64,000 nucleotides of DNA from Desulfurococcaceae archaeon (GCA_038816475.1 JAWBAI010000001.1:96001-160000); one strand, 5' to 3'; positions 8,969-19,526 are shown, numbered from the stretch's first letter. Notes: generated from the sequence alone by a model not told the origin. A program made the numbers and translations.

Positions 8969-10126
8969 TCAGTCTCTCGGGTCCTTAATACCAACCCATT
9001 TTAATAGTAGGTCGTAGGCTTTAACCTTGGATATAGCTTTGCTTCCTGGAGGTCCTGGCCTCTTCATGTAGAAAGCGTTTACCTCGTATGCTGTTCCATA
9101 GTACCCCTTTTCCACAGCAAGTTTACCTAGTCTAACTAAGTCCACTAGTAAACCAGCTAGTGCAGGACTATCGTTTATTCTCATAATGATGTAGAGTTCG
9201 TCTTTGAACTCGCCAAAGCTCATGTACTCTATTATCATTGCAACAAACTTCTTGTCTCCTAGAGGTTCCAGGTAACCCGTTGGCCTAATGTAGTTCGGAA
9301 CACTGTATCCGAGTATGTCCTTGATCATCGAGCTCTTAGTCTTCGTCTTCATAACATTTCTTTCTGGTAGAGTAAGTGAGTAAAAGTCCGTATTTCCACC
9401 GATGTTGAACTGTGCTATGTCAATGACTCTTCTGTTCCTCTGGTAAAGGTGCTCGAGAAGATCAGCTGTTAGCGGTGTTGCTCCAGTTGCTCCATCATCA
9501 CCGAGAATAACTCCACGGCTCTGTTTGTAGAGTTCCACGAATGCTTTGTCATTAGCTAGTGGAGAGGGTATAGCGTTGATGAATGCGGAGCTCTTGTACT
9601 TCGCTGAGTATACTGCTCCAGCGTACGCGTATGCTTGTGAAGCTGTTAGATCACCCGATTTAAACCTCTCATGCAAATGCTCTACGTTATTTACAGGCTC
9701 GACAGGCTCTGTTGTCATTATGTTGACTATTACATCAACGTTGAGTTGCCTCCACTCATCTACCAACTCGTAAACAGCTTGTTCTAAGCCGACTTGTTCT
9801 TCGCGTCCATGAGCTTTAAGAGGCATTCCCTTTAAACTTCCTAGGTGAATACCTCTTCTAACTACTAGATCCTTGAGTTTTCCAGGGATAGGTCCAGGTC
9901 CGTTGTAGTCCCTTTTAGCTAGCTCGTAAACGCTTTTACCAACTTTGGAGTCATCTACATCGTAGGTTGCAACAATCTCAATGTCACTGTACTTGTATGG
10001 TAGGTTGTTTCTCAAAGGTACACCATAGTCTGGTATTTCGCCGTTCTTAAGCTTCTCAAGACCAACTTCGAAGTGTAGTGCCACGAGACCTTGTCCTACA
10101 ATGGCTACTCTAATCACGTGGATCAC
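8969..10126 (-). CDS. ino1: myo-inositol-1-phosphate synthase
   Basis: GDDGATGAT, QFNIGGNTDF, DSPALAG. Confidence 0.92.
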   Translation of the reverse strand: MIHVIRVAIVGQGLVALHFEVGLEKLKNGEIPDYGVPLRNNLPYKYSDIEIVATYDVDDSKVGKSVYELAKRDYNGPGPIPGKLKDLVVRRGIHLGSLKGMPLKAHGREEQVGLEQAVYELVDEWRQLNVDVIVNIMTTEPVEPVNNVEHLHERFKSGDLTASQAYAYAGAVYSAKYKSSAFINAIPSPLANDKAFVELYKQSRGVILGDDGATGATPLTADLLEHLYQRNRRVIDIAQFNIGGNTDFYSLTLPERNVMKTKTKSSMIKDILGYSVPNYIRPTGYLEPLGDKKFVAMIIEYMSFGEFKDELYIIMRINDSPALAGLLVDLVRLGKLAVEKGYYGTAYEVNAFYMKRPGPPGSKAISKVKAYDLLLKWVGIKDPRD

Positions 10127-10449
10127 CCGTGGAGTTTGAGTTTTGCAAGCACTTCTTCAATTAACACCAGGCCTTTTCTGTATGCTTCTAACCCCCTATC
10201 GGTAGGTGTGTATAGCACTTCTCCGTTCTTGCTCTTCTTTTCCAGTAAACCGTCTCTAACCATTCTGTAGAGAACGGTATATACTGTGATAGCTGGAGGA
10301 TTCACATCGAAGAGTTCTCTAAGCTTTACCTTAATATCATAGGCCTTTAGTGGTTTATTCTCTCCCTTTAGGATGCATATAATGTACAACCAAAGGTTTT
10401 CAACAGTAAGCTTCCTTTTGAGTCTAGCTAGTGCTCTTGGCTCCGACAC
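10123..10449 (-). CDS. PadR-family transcriptional regulator
   Basis: AYDI...TVYTVLYRMVRDGLL...YTPTDRG; coupled to ino1. Confidence 0.85.
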   Translation of the reverse strand: MSEPRALARLKRKLTVENLWLYIICILKGENKPLKAYDIKVKLRELFDVNPPAITVYTVLYRMVRDGLLEKKSKNGEVLYTPTDRGLEAYRKGLVLIEEVLAKLKLHG

Positions 10450-10516
10450 GCAACCCCTAGATTACATATTTACGATCACAAATATATACTTACCTGGAAA
10501 AATCGTCACGTGGGTT

Positions 10517-11773
10517 TCAAGGTATGAGCCGAGTTCTATCTCTTACGAACATTATCGCTTCTCTGATATTTTCAAGGTTTAGGAGCTTCATGAGTAGCCT
10601 TTCCACGCCGAGACCGAATCCACCGTGGGGCGGCATACCGTACTTGAACGCTTCTAAGTAGAATTCGAAGTCAGCTGGGTTCAACCCTTTCTCGCGCAAA
10701 GCTTCAACGAGCTTTTCATACCTGTGTTCTCTTTGTCCACCACTCGCTATTTCTAGACCCTTGAAGTCTAGATCGAACTTTCTTGTGTAAATACCATCAT
10801 CTTCTTTCATGTAGTAGAATGCTGTTGATGTCCACGGAAAACCAACTATGAAGTACAATGGGTGTTTTTTCTCGGCCATGATTTCCCCTAGTTTTCTCTC
10901 AGCGTAGTCGCTCAGGTCCTCGTACTCGCTTACCTCGATGCCTTCGCTCAGCAGAATGTCTACGGCCTCCGTGAATTTCAACCTCTTGAAGGGTGTAGTT
11001 ACCTTGATCGGCTCTACTCCCAGGAGTTCGAGCTCATCACGGTAGTACTTGTTAATGTAGTCTATGATGTACGCTATGAGGTTCTCCAAGGTGTGCATGA
11101 CATCTTCAACACCAGTAATGAACCCTTGTTCTACGTCTATACCCCATGACTCATTCAAGTGCCTTGTAGTATTGAATTTTTCAGCTCTAAAGTATGGTGT
11201 AATCTCGTATACTCTCTCGAAACTAGAGATGAGCATTTGCTTGTACAACTGTGGACTTTGACTTAAATAAGCTGTGCTTTCAAAGTATTGTACTTTAAAC
11301 AGCGTTGCACCTCCTTCAGCACCAGCCGCAACTATTTTCGGTGTTTGCACTTCGATGAAGCCGTTGGACTCTAGATATTCTCGAGCGGCTTTTAGGATCC
11401 CTGATCTGATCCTGAAGATTGCCTTTTCAGCAGGATTTCTTGCAAGTAGCCACCTGTACCTGATTCTCGTATCAAGTAACGTGAGTACTTTACCCACAAG
11501 GTCAACGGGTAGTGGTTCAATGGGTTTAGCGTAAACTTCTATTTTCTTAATAACGTATTCCACTCCACGCTTGCTTTTCTGCTCCTCTGAGGGTTCCCCT
11601 TCAAAGCATATAGCTGAGCCTATATCGAGTTCGCGGACAAGAGGTATGAGCTCGTCATCACGTCCTTTCTTTAGAACCAAAACCTTGATCTTTGGGCTAT
11701 TACCACTAACTTCTAGGATAAGGACCTTTCCAACTTCTACTTTCCTAATAATCCATCCACACTCTCTTACCAA
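10517..11773 (-). CDS. aspS: Aspartyl-tRNA synthetase (archaeal type)
   Basis: [35 protein letters not shown]; GGTG SD upstream of TTG. Confidence 0.95.
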   Translation of the reverse strand: MVRECGWIIRKVEVGKVLILEVSGNSPKIKVLVLKKGRDDELIPLVRELDIGSAICFEGEPSEEQKSKRGVEYVIKKIEVYAKPIEPLPVDLVGKVLTLLDTRIRYRWLLARNPAEKAIFRIRSGILKAAREYLESNGFIEVQTPKIVAAGAEGGATLFKVQYFESTAYLSQSPQLYKQMLISSFERVYEITPYFRAEKFNTTRHLNESWGIDVEQGFITGVEDVMHTLENLIAYIIDYINKYYRDELELLGVEPIKVTTPFKRLKFTEAVDILLSEGIEVSEYEDLSDYAERKLGEIMAEKKHPLYFIVGFPWTSTAFYYMKEDDGIYTRKFDLDFKGLEIASGGQREHRYEKLVEALREKGLNPADFEFYLEAFKYGMPPHGGFGLGVERLLMKLLNLENIREAIMFVRDRTRLIP

Positions 11774-11888
11774 GTATGCAACACCTGCGAGGTGTACAAG
11801 TACTCACTATACGCCACTCCATTATTTTAACCTGGTGGAGAAGTAGTCCTGGGAAATAGGAAGTGGCGGGGCCCGCTTTGACGCGGGA

Positions 11889-11962
11889 TAGCGGGGGGTG
11901 GATTTGAACCACCGACCTCGGGGTTATGAGCCCCGCGGGCTACCAGGCTGCCCTACCCCGCT
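11889..11962 (-). tRNA. Initiator tRNA-Met(CAT)
   Basis: AGCGGGG...CCCCGCTA with A1-U72 pair, consecutive G-C pairs in the anticodon stem, CAT anticodon. Confidence 0.95.
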
Positions 11963-12067
11963 ACTTAGCCCCGCCGTTTTAAACTTATATTACTAATTTG
12001 GACTTTTAAAGCTTCCGATATAAGCATCCATGAATGTAGAGAGGTGAATTAACTAAGAAAAATTGGT

Positions 12068-13009
12068 TTAAATGAGATTTCTCTTCTTGAAGTAATCTAT
12101 CAGCTTCTCTGCTACTTGTATTCCAGCTCTTTCCTGTGCTTCGTGCGTGCTTGCACCTATATGTGATGTTAGTACAACGTTGTCTAATTCTGTTAATGGG
12201 TGGCCTGGTGGCAACGGTTCTTCTTCAAATACGTCGAGTCCAGCACCAGCTATCCAGCCTTCTTTCAGAGCTTTGATGAGAGCCTTGGTATCTACAACGG
12301 GTCCTCTAGAAGTGTTTATTAATATAGCAGTCCTCTTCATCAACTTTAGCCTTTCCTCGTTGATTAGGTGTACTGTTTCTGGAAGCAATGGTACATGTAT
12401 GCTTACAACATCTGATGTTCTAAGCAACTCCTCAAGGGAAACATACTTTGCTCCAAGCTCCTCTTCCAGCTTGTAGTTTCTGACTACGTCGTAGTACACT
12501 ATTTCCATGTTAAAACCATGCTTGGCTATTTTTGCAACGGTTGAACCTATTCTACCAGCTCCAATGATCCCCAGGATTTTACCGTACAGTTCTACACCTT
12601 CAGCGTATTTTTTGGGCCACTTGCCTTTCCTAATCTCTCTGTCACAGTATGCGATTTTTCTTGCAACAGCTATCATTAAACCGATGGTTAGTTCAGCAAC
12701 GCTCTGCGTGGTTGATTCAGGTACTGTTATCACATCTATACCCTTAGCTTTAGCTGCTTCAACATCTATGTTATCCACTCCTACACCAGCACGTGCTATT
12801 ACAAGTAAGCTGTCAGCGCTATTAATTACACGCTTAGTTACAAGCGGTTTGCTTCTAACTATAAGCCCGTGAACACCCTTAATAAGGTTGATAAGCTCGT
12901 CCTCCGGCGGTTCCTCCTTAAACAGCACTTCGACTCCAGATCTCCTCAGAAGCTCTATTCCCTTCTCATGAATTCTACTAGCAACTAGAACCTTTACCAC
13001 GGGTTTCAC
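12068..13009 (-). CDS. serA: D-3-phosphoglycerate/2-hydroxyacid dehydrogenase
   Basis: RAGVGVDNID, GAGRIG, INTSRG, LDVFEEEP, HIGAST. Confidence 0.8.
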   Translation of the reverse strand: MKPVVKVLVASRIHEKGIELLRRSGVEVLFKEEPPEDELINLIKGVHGLIVRSKPLVTKRVINSADSLLVIARAGVGVDNIDVEAAKAKGIDVITVPESTTQSVAELTIGLMIAVARKIAYCDREIRKGKWPKKYAEGVELYGKILGIIGAGRIGSTVAKIAKHGFNMEIVYYDVVRNYKLEEELGAKYVSLEELLRTSDVVSIHVPLLPETVHLINEERLKLMKRTAILINTSRGPVVDTKALIKALKEGWIAGAGLDVFEEEPLPPGHPLTELDNVVLTSHIGASTHEAQERAGIQVAEKLIDYFKKRNLI

Positions 13010-13047
13010 CCGTGTTTTATAACAACAGTGTGCTTTGTATAAACCCT

Positions 13048-14211
13048 TTAACTCGGTGGCTTATGTCCAAGGCTTATTAACACCTCTCTGAGGTTGCTGA
13101 AAAGTAGATCTATGTCTTCGTCGGTTATGTAGCCCATGTGCCCAATTCTGAACGTAATGTCTCTAACTTTACCATATCCTCTCGCGATCTCTATACCACG
13201 TTTTTTCATCTCCTCGTAGATTACCGGTCCTCTAATTCCAGGTGGATTGTAAACCACTGTTATAGTTGGACTGTAGTAACCTGGTTCTGCGAAAAGCTGA
13301 AGTCCAAGATCTAGTATACCTTTTCTTATCTTTTCAGCTCTCTCCTCGTACATTCTTAACCATGCTTCTTTTCCACCCATGCGTTCAATGATTCTGAGAA
13401 CCACGTTTAACGCGGCGATCTGCGGTATTGGTGGTGTAGTTGGCGTAGACCACTCTCTTTGCAGGAACTCTCTGATCTCCAGGAGATCAAAGTACAAGCC
13501 TCTATCCGGGATCTTCTTGGCCACTTCAAAAACACGCTCGCTTACAGCAGCCATAGCTAATCCTGGTGGTAATCCAAAAGCTTTCTGACTGCTTGCGAAC
13601 ACTAGGTCTAACCCCCATTCATCCACCTTTATCTCTGCAGCCCCCATCGCTGACACGGCATCTACGAATACTAGCTTATCTCTCTCCTTAGCAACCTTGG
13701 CTAGTTCCCTAAGCGGGTTCAGAACACCAGTGCTGGTCTCATTGTAGGTTATGGTTACGGCTTCGACATCCGGGTTCTTCTTCAAAGCATCGTCCAGTTC
13801 TTCGGGGAGAACAGGTTTACCCAGGGGCTTCTCTAGGACAATGGGCACTCTACCGTTCCTTTCCACGGCTTCCTTATACCTATTACCGAATTCCCCGATG
13901 ATGGTAACTAGTACCTTACCTTTCGGCGAGACAGCGTTTCTAATACTAGCCTCCATGAATCCGGTTCCACTAGCTGGGATTAGTAGGACGGTTGATTTTC
14001 TAGCCTCTAAGAACTTGGCGAGTCTCTCAACGGTATCCCTGTGTAAAGATCTGTACTCAGCAGATCTATGGCTTAGCATCTGTACTTTCATAATCTCTAG
14101 AACTTCTGGAAAACAAGCAACAGGACCAGCTGTAAACAGTTTTAGTGGACGTGGCCACAGTATTTTCTCCACTTCTTTCACGACATCAGGGTATTTCACG
14201 CTGAACACCAT
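13048..14211 (-). CDS. Class V aminotransferase (serine-pyruvate/alanine-glyoxylate type)
   Basis: NETSTG, VDAVS, SSQKAFGLPPG, FRIGHMG; upstream of the serA-like gene. Confidence 0.9.
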   Translation of the reverse strand: MVFSVKYPDVVKEVEKILWPRPLKLFTAGPVACFPEVLEIMKVQMLSHRSAEYRSLHRDTVERLAKFLEARKSTVLLIPASGTGFMEASIRNAVSPKGKVLVTIIGEFGNRYKEAVERNGRVPIVLEKPLGKPVLPEELDDALKKNPDVEAVTITYNETSTGVLNPLRELAKVAKERDKLVFVDAVSAMGAAEIKVDEWGLDLVFASSQKAFGLPPGLAMAAVSERVFEVAKKIPDRGLYFDLLEIREFLQREWSTPTTPPIPQIAALNVVLRIIERMGGKEAWLRMYEERAEKIRKGILDLGLQLFAEPGYYSPTITVVYNPPGIRGPVIYEEMKKRGIEIARGYGKVRDITFRIGHMGYITDEDIDLLFSNLREVLISLGHKPPS

Positions 14212-14564
14212 AGTTAAGTATATTCAGCACAGCTAAAATATTAAATCGCAGCTTTACCCCGGAATTACCTGTATAACCCGCAAACGTGTCTTGATTTTCG
14301 CTAGGAGAGGTAGAGTGTAGTTGAAGAAATATTGAAAAGACTGAAAGCGTACTAAGTGTTTGCACTCCTTGAGCTGATCGATGAGCATGGTGATCAGAGG
14401 AACCAAGGTACTCTGTGCAAGGAGACGTTAAACGCGAATTAGTAATCAATGATTCGTAAGAGATAGTAGGAAGCAAGGGATGAAAATATCTCTTGAATCA
14501 TCGCCGCGAACTAAGCTTTTTCATCATGTTCCTTGGCTAAATGGAATAACAATAGTGCTCTATA

Positions 14565-14637
14565 AGATCAGTTCTCGCGGTCCCCGTCGCTCCACCTTAC
14601 ATCATACGTCAGCACGTTCCTGCTAGGTCATCCCAAT
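14565..14637 (-). ncRNA. C/D-box sRNA (candidate, long D spacer)
   Basis: Minus strand: C-like GGGATGA (14634-14628), D' CTGA (14612-14609), C' ATGATGT (14605-14599), D CTGA (14571-14568). Confidence 0.6.
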
Positions 14638-14737
14638 ACAATATATCTTAATAGTTTCCTAAAATATCCTGAATCTAGGGTATTCGCTCTTTAGGAAACA
14701 CCAGAGAGTAATCATGCAAGAAGCTACGGTGTAAACG

Positions 14738-15100
14738 ATGAGAATTTACGTGAAGCTTAGGAACGGAAAGTGGATACTTGTTAGCAGTAAATTAGAGTAC
14801 GTTATAACGTCTGGTAAGAGAAAAGTAGTTAAACATGTTCTTGCTGGTGAAACCGTGGAAAATACTCCTAAGCTCAAACAAGCTAAAACGGTACTTGTAC
14901 CATCAGGTAGTGTTAGTAAACTGGTATCGCGAATTCTGGATAAAAGCAAAAGTGCCAATGGAGTGATTATTGTGGAACCTCGTGACGAGGAACACTACGC
15001 GGTGAAAGCAGAACCATCTGTAATAGGCTTAGTAGAGCAGATCGTAAGAGAACTTGCGAAGAGCAAAAAGGGAACTAAGAGTAAAGCAGAACCCTCTTGA
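14738..15100 (+). CDS. hypothetical basic protein
   Basis: 120-aa Lys-rich ORF with GGTG SD. Confidence 0.7.
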   Translation: MRIYVKLRNGKWILVSSKLEYVITSGKRKVVKHVLAGETVENTPKLKQAKTVLVPSGSVSKLVSRILDKSKSANGVIIVEPRDEEHYAVKAEPSVIGLVEQIVRELAKSKKGTKSKAEPS

Positions 15101-15293
15101 TACTTATAGCTCCATTGTCTTTCAGTACTTCTATTTCAAGCCTCTCAAGATCTCTCCTGTAATTACACGTTGAGCACTTATAATACATCGTTACTCTAGT
15201 TAAACCATTCGAGAGCTTTTCGGACTCGTAGATTAATACTAGTGGGTTTCCGTCTTTAGGGCATTTCAGTTGCTCAGTGGTCATCCAGTGCAC
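15075..15293 (-). CDS. Small zinc-ribbon protein
   Basis: CPKD...CSTC. Confidence 0.65.
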   Translation of the reverse strand: MHWMTTEQLKCPKDGNPLVLIYESEKLSNGLTRVTMYYKCSTCNYRRDLERLEIEVLKDNGAISIKRVLLYS

Positions 15294-15361
15294 CGGACTC
15301 CTAGATTACCAACAATGCCTTATTATTCTTAAGTTACTTTTAATCCTACCGGTGAGACCCC

Positions 15362-16474
15362 TTGAAACATCAACTAGAGAAACTGCAGAAACTGACGGAA
15401 AACAAGAACCTGGATTTGATCATCATTCACGCACCGGACAACATAGAGTACTTCACAGGCATACCCTCAATTGGAGATATAGTAGCACTACTGATTCACA
15501 GTAGAATGGACAATAAGACCTACCTATACGTGCCTGTGTTAGAATACCATAGGTACAGGGTTAACTTACCGGACTCCGTTGAAGTTTACGCGGTTTCAAA
15601 AACAATTAAACCAGAAGACATACCCGTTGTTGAACTAGATTGGAAGGATATAATTGCTAAGCACTCAGAGAATAAGGATAAGATCGGTGCAGACGTTCAT
15701 CACCCGGGACCACTACAGTTAACCATTGCAAGAGCTCTGGATGAACGTGTGTTAAACGTGTCAGAGGATATATGGAACCTCAGAGCAATAAAGGAGGAGC
15801 ACGAGATAAAGGCTATTGAAAAAGCAATAGAAATAACGCAGCGAGGTATTCAGGCCATACTAGCAGAGCTACGCGAAGGTGTAACAGAGTTGGAGTTAGC
15901 AGGAGTTTTTGAGTACACAGCGAGGAAACACGGCGCTGAAAAAACAGCCTTCGATCCCATAGTAGCATTTAAACCAAATAACGCTTACCCTCACACAGCA
16001 CCAGGAGCAAGACCTCTCAAAAAAGATGACCTTGTACTCGTGGATGTTGGAGTTAAATATGGGGGAAGATGTAGCGACATAACAAGGATGATCATATGGG
16101 GAAAAATCACGAATGAGGAGAAACAAGCTCTGGAAGCTCTCATAGAAGCTGTTAACTCCTCCATAGACTACGCGAAGCCTGGTGTTACGGCACAGGAGGT
16201 GTACAACGCTGCAGTAGCGGTTCTTGAGAAGTACGGGTTAAAGGAAAAATTCATACACGGACTAGGTCACGGTATAGGAGTAGTTGTCCACGAACCACCT
16301 TTCCTAAGACCATTATCAGGGAAAACCCTTGAACCCGGAATGGTGTTCACCATTGAACCAGGAGTTTACATCCCAGGTTCCTACGGTGTGAGAATAGAAG
16401 AAGACGTTCTAATAACGAAAACTGGTGCTAAAGTACTTTCGAGTAAGCTTAGCCGCGTTCTTGAAACACTATAG
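15362..16474 (+). CDS. Xaa-Pro peptidase (M24B)
   Basis: PH, VDVG, SDITR, HGLGHGIG..HEPP, EPGVY, GVRIEED. Confidence 0.93.
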   Translation: MKHQLEKLQKLTENKNLDLIIIHAPDNIEYFTGIPSIGDIVALLIHSRMDNKTYLYVPVLEYHRYRVNLPDSVEVYAVSKTIKPEDIPVVELDWKDIIAKHSENKDKIGADVHHPGPLQLTIARALDERVLNVSEDIWNLRAIKEEHEIKAIEKAIEITQRGIQAILAELREGVTELELAGVFEYTARKHGAEKTAFDPIVAFKPNNAYPHTAPGARPLKKDDLVLVDVGVKYGGRCSDITRMIIWGKITNEEKQALEALIEAVNSSIDYAKPGVTAQEVYNAAVAVLEKYGLKEKFIHGLGHGIGVVVHEPPFLRPLSGKTLEPGMVFTIEPGVYIPGSYGVRIEEDVLITKTGAKVLSSKLSRVLETL

Positions 16475-17284
16475 CTCAAGTCGTTCTACAACTTCAATTA
16501 AGCCACTGCTTTTGGTTGTTATAACAACCTTCCTAATGGTTTGCACACTGATCAATTCCAATGTGTCTACGTGAGGATCCGTGTAAACCTCCTTACCAAG
16601 TATAAATGCAATTGCAAGCCCAACGGGAATATCCACAGTTCTAATTCTACCTGTGATATGTACGAAGTGACCTATTAAACCAAGAGCAGCATAGGCGGCT
16701 TCAAGAGCAGCTGAACCCATTGTTCGCGTTTTTACGCTAGAACTCTTTTCTCTTAACTTATTGATAATAGCACTAACTTGGTGAGCTTTTTCGGCGTAAA
16801 TTGAGATCACATCGTTCCCTCTATTTAGGTTACTTTTAATGGGTACGTTGTTTAAAAGGACAACACCATTGCATACTTCGATCACATCATTAGAGAAAAT
16901 GCTGCGAACAACACCGTAGAAGGGCTCGGTGATCCTTGAGTTTTTCTTGTAGACAGTTATGGATACAGACGCGAATGGTATACCCAGGTAGTAGTTCAAG
17001 CTACCGTCAAGGGGGTCTACGAGAACCACTATGTCTGGTTCTTCGTGAAGTTTCCAAGTTCCACGCTCTTCACTTACAATCCACGCTTTATAGTCGAGTT
17101 TTCTAATTTCGTCAACGATATAGTTCTCAGCTTCAATATCAACTCTTCTCGAAATATCTCCTGTTACATTAGTACCTACAACTTCCGAGTAATAAGGGCT
17201 ACCAGAGATTCTTCTTAGCATGTCAGCTGTTTTTTCAGCGATATTTCTGAAGTCTATACACATCTTGCTCTTCTCCGCATGCAT
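16469..17284 (-). CDS. Inositol monophosphatase / FBPase family
   Basis: VSEE, VDPLDGSLNY, RTMGSAALE. Confidence 0.88.
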   Translation of the reverse strand: MHAEKSKMCIDFRNIAEKTADMLRRISGSPYYSEVVGTNVTGDISRRVDIEAENYIVDEIRKLDYKAWIVSEERGTWKLHEEPDIVVLVDPLDGSLNYYLGIPFASVSITVYKKNSRITEPFYGVVRSIFSNDVIEVCNGVVLLNNVPIKSNLNRGNDVISIYAEKAHQVSAIINKLREKSSSVKTRTMGSAALEAAYAALGLIGHFVHITGRIRTVDIPVGLAIAFILGKEVYTDPHVDTLELISVQTIRKVVITTKSSGLIEVVERLEL

Positions 17285-17344
17285 AGAACGTGGGCACCTT
17301 GTGATTTTTACTGCTTAGTTTAAAGCAATAATGGTGTAAAAGCA

Positions 17345-17845
17345 TTGACTATGGAACCACGACTAATTGTAACCTGCAGAGCTGGAAACGAAGAACTGTG
17401 CATACACGAAGTTTGTAATGTTCTGTTTTCCAAGGATCCCGATGTGAAAGCAGAGAAATCCAGGTACAGTGGTTTGATCTACGTGTATACATCAATTGAT
17501 GTAGATAAAGCCTACAGAATTGCTTCTTTCAGGGAGTACGGTTTCGTTGAGAACATTATCCCCGTACACTGTGTACTTGAATACCCCTTGGATCCATCCG
17601 TGGTTGAAGCCTGTCTAACTAGCATAGTTAAAACAAAGTCGGTTAAACTGAAGGTTAAGTCCAGAGGCGTGCGGGGAGCGAGCTCAGGGCTTTTCGCCTT
17701 GTTTAGTCGCCTGTTGCTTAAGTCTAGGGTAAAACATGATTCCACAGCAAAAACTTGTTTATTCGTTGAACTTCTTGATTCAAAAGTTTATGTTGGATTA
17801 GGTGATTGTCACCCCGTTTTTAAGGCTAGCTTAATGTATGGATGA
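17345..17845 (+). CDS. THUMP-domain protein
   Basis: LIVTCRAGNE N-terminus, KVKSRG. Confidence 0.65.
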   Translation: MTMEPRLIVTCRAGNEELCIHEVCNVLFSKDPDVKAEKSRYSGLIYVYTSIDVDKAYRIASFREYGFVENIIPVHCVLEYPLDPSVVEACLTSIVKTKSVKLKVKSRGVRGASSGLFALFSRLLLKSRVKHDSTAKTCLFVELLDSKVYVGLGDCHPVFKASLMYG

Positions 17846-19104
17846 GTGAAAGTTTCGGTGTAACAATGATAGTGAACGACACCTGGAGGATCATAGAGGA
17901 GGAGTTGAGTAGACCATCAATATTCAAGAGCAGAGAGAGCCTTATGCCTGAGCATTTACCAGACAAGCTCCCACATAGGGAGAATGAGCTTAGAAGCCTC
18001 GTATCCTACTTCAAACACCTTATAACGAGTCCTGGAAGTATATCACAGAGAGTTCTGATAATAGGGGGAGTAGGAACCGGAAAAACAGCGCTATCGAAGC
18101 TTTTTGGTAAAACATTTACGAGGTTAGCTAGGGAGAAGGGCTACAGTATATCCTATGTTCACGTGAACTGCCACAGGAATAGAACACTGTTCAACATCGT
18201 GTACGATATAGCAAGACAACTCGCTATACCACTACCCCCTAGAGGGTTATCGGCTAAAGAAATGTTCGATGCTGTTTTATCCTACATAGAGGAGTCTGAT
18301 AGCTACGTAATAGTAGCACTGGATGAGTTTCACTACTTCGCAAACGTGTCTGGAAGCGAAGCCGTGTACTTCATTACGAGATCGTATGATGTACACGAAG
18401 GTACTAAAAGACTGAATTTCATATTCATAGCTTCTGATGCATCAAAATTAGCTTTCTTAGACCCTGTTACAGAGGGCTATTTGCTTAGACACGTGATTAA
18501 GCTAGACCCGTACACATCCAGTCAGTTGTTTGACATACTAGACTACCGAGCTAGTATTTCGCTACATGATGGAGCTTACGATAAGGATGTACTAAGGTTT
18601 ATCGCTGACTACGAGGGTGTAGACAAGGGTGGGGGAGGTAATGCTAGACACTCGCTCGAAATACTGCTAATGGCAGGTGACATCGCGGAGAAGGAAGGGA
18701 GGCGAAGAATAGAGCTTGAGCACGTTAGGAAAGCTATTATGAGCTTGTCTAGAGATATTGTGAGTATGAGTGATGCATTAAAATTCAGTACACTGCATGA
18801 ATTGATAGTTCTTCTGAGCATCATTAGACTACTAAGAAGAACAGGTAAGCGAGAGGTTAAAATGGGAGAAGTTGAAGAAGAATACAAAATGGTTTGTGAA
18901 ATGATTGGAGAATTACCGAGAAAACATACACAGCTGTACGAGTACGTGCAGAATCTAGGCAAAGCAGGCATCGTGCAGGTTTCTCCTAGTGGAAAGGGTT
19001 ACCGTGGACGTACAACGCTTATCTCGATACACTACGGTCCACTCGATGTACTAGAGAAGTATGTAGCAGATTTAGTGAGGAAAAGGCGAGAACTTGGCTT
19101 CTAG
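17842..19104 (+). CDS. cdc6: Orc1/Cdc6 AAA+ protein (resembles Orc1-2 subtype)
   Basis: LPHRE, GGVGTGKT Walker A, LDEF Walker B, GNAR, C-terminal wHTH GYRGRTT. Confidence 0.93.
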   Translation: MSESFGVTMIVNDTWRIIEEELSRPSIFKSRESLMPEHLPDKLPHRENELRSLVSYFKHLITSPGSISQRVLIIGGVGTGKTALSKLFGKTFTRLAREKGYSISYVHVNCHRNRTLFNIVYDIARQLAIPLPPRGLSAKEMFDAVLSYIEESDSYVIVALDEFHYFANVSGSEAVYFITRSYDVHEGTKRLNFIFIASDASKLAFLDPVTEGYLLRHVIKLDPYTSSQLFDILDYRASISLHDGAYDKDVLRFIADYEGVDKGGGGNARHSLEILLMAGDIAEKEGRRRIELEHVRKAIMSLSRDIVSMSDALKFSTLHELIVLLSIIRLLRRTGKREVKMGEVEEEYKMVCEMIGELPRKHTQLYEYVQNLGKAGIVQVSPSGKGYRGRTTLISIHYGPLDVLEKYVADLVRKRRELGF

Positions 19105-19312
19105 TAGAAAGGTGGACAAGGCTTCGATCATCATAAGGACATTGGAGAAGTATGGTGAGTGTAACTTAAACACTATTAGGAAGGAGACAGGATTGAACTA
19201 CTACTCTCTCGTGAGAATCCTAGAGGAGCTGATCGCCAAGGGAGTAGTTGCGGAGAAGAGAATTGGTAGGTTAAGGCTCTTTAAGCTAGTTGAGAATCAA
19301 CGTAAAGCTTAA
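19094..19312 (+). CDS. Small winged-HTH protein
   Basis: CNLNTIRKETGLNY..LEELIAKGVV.EKRIGRLRLF. Confidence 0.75.
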   Translation: MASSRKVDKASIIIRTLEKYGECNLNTIRKETGLNYYSLVRILEELIAKGVVAEKRIGRLRLFKLVENQRKA

Positions 19313-19526
19313 GGGGGCAGGTTCTCCAGTAATCAACGCACTTCTTCGCTGACGATCTGATCAAGTAGCGATTAATGGCATTACACTTAGCAATGCAAAC
19401 CACCTCGTGTTCTTTCTCGATTCGTACAACCTCGTAGTAGTTGCATTCGCTCACAACGTTGCATGAATCAAGCACGTGAACTGGTAAGTAGACCTCTCTC
19501 GGCTTCGAGGAAGACACTTGATGCAC
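19281..19526 (-). CDS. Small Cys-rich hypothetical protein
   Basis: C..Y...C....KC..YWRTCP pattern. Confidence 0.6.
   Translation of the reverse strand: MHQVSSSKPREVYLPVHVLDSCNVVSECNYYEVVRIEKEHEVVCIAKCNAINRYLIRSSAKKCVDYWRTCPLKLYVDSQLA

Noticed and set aside
11774-11820. Possible frameshifted N-terminus of aspS
   Set aside because: A GGTG SD sits properly before the TTG at 11773 and the OB-fold GW motif follows; no slippery site seen
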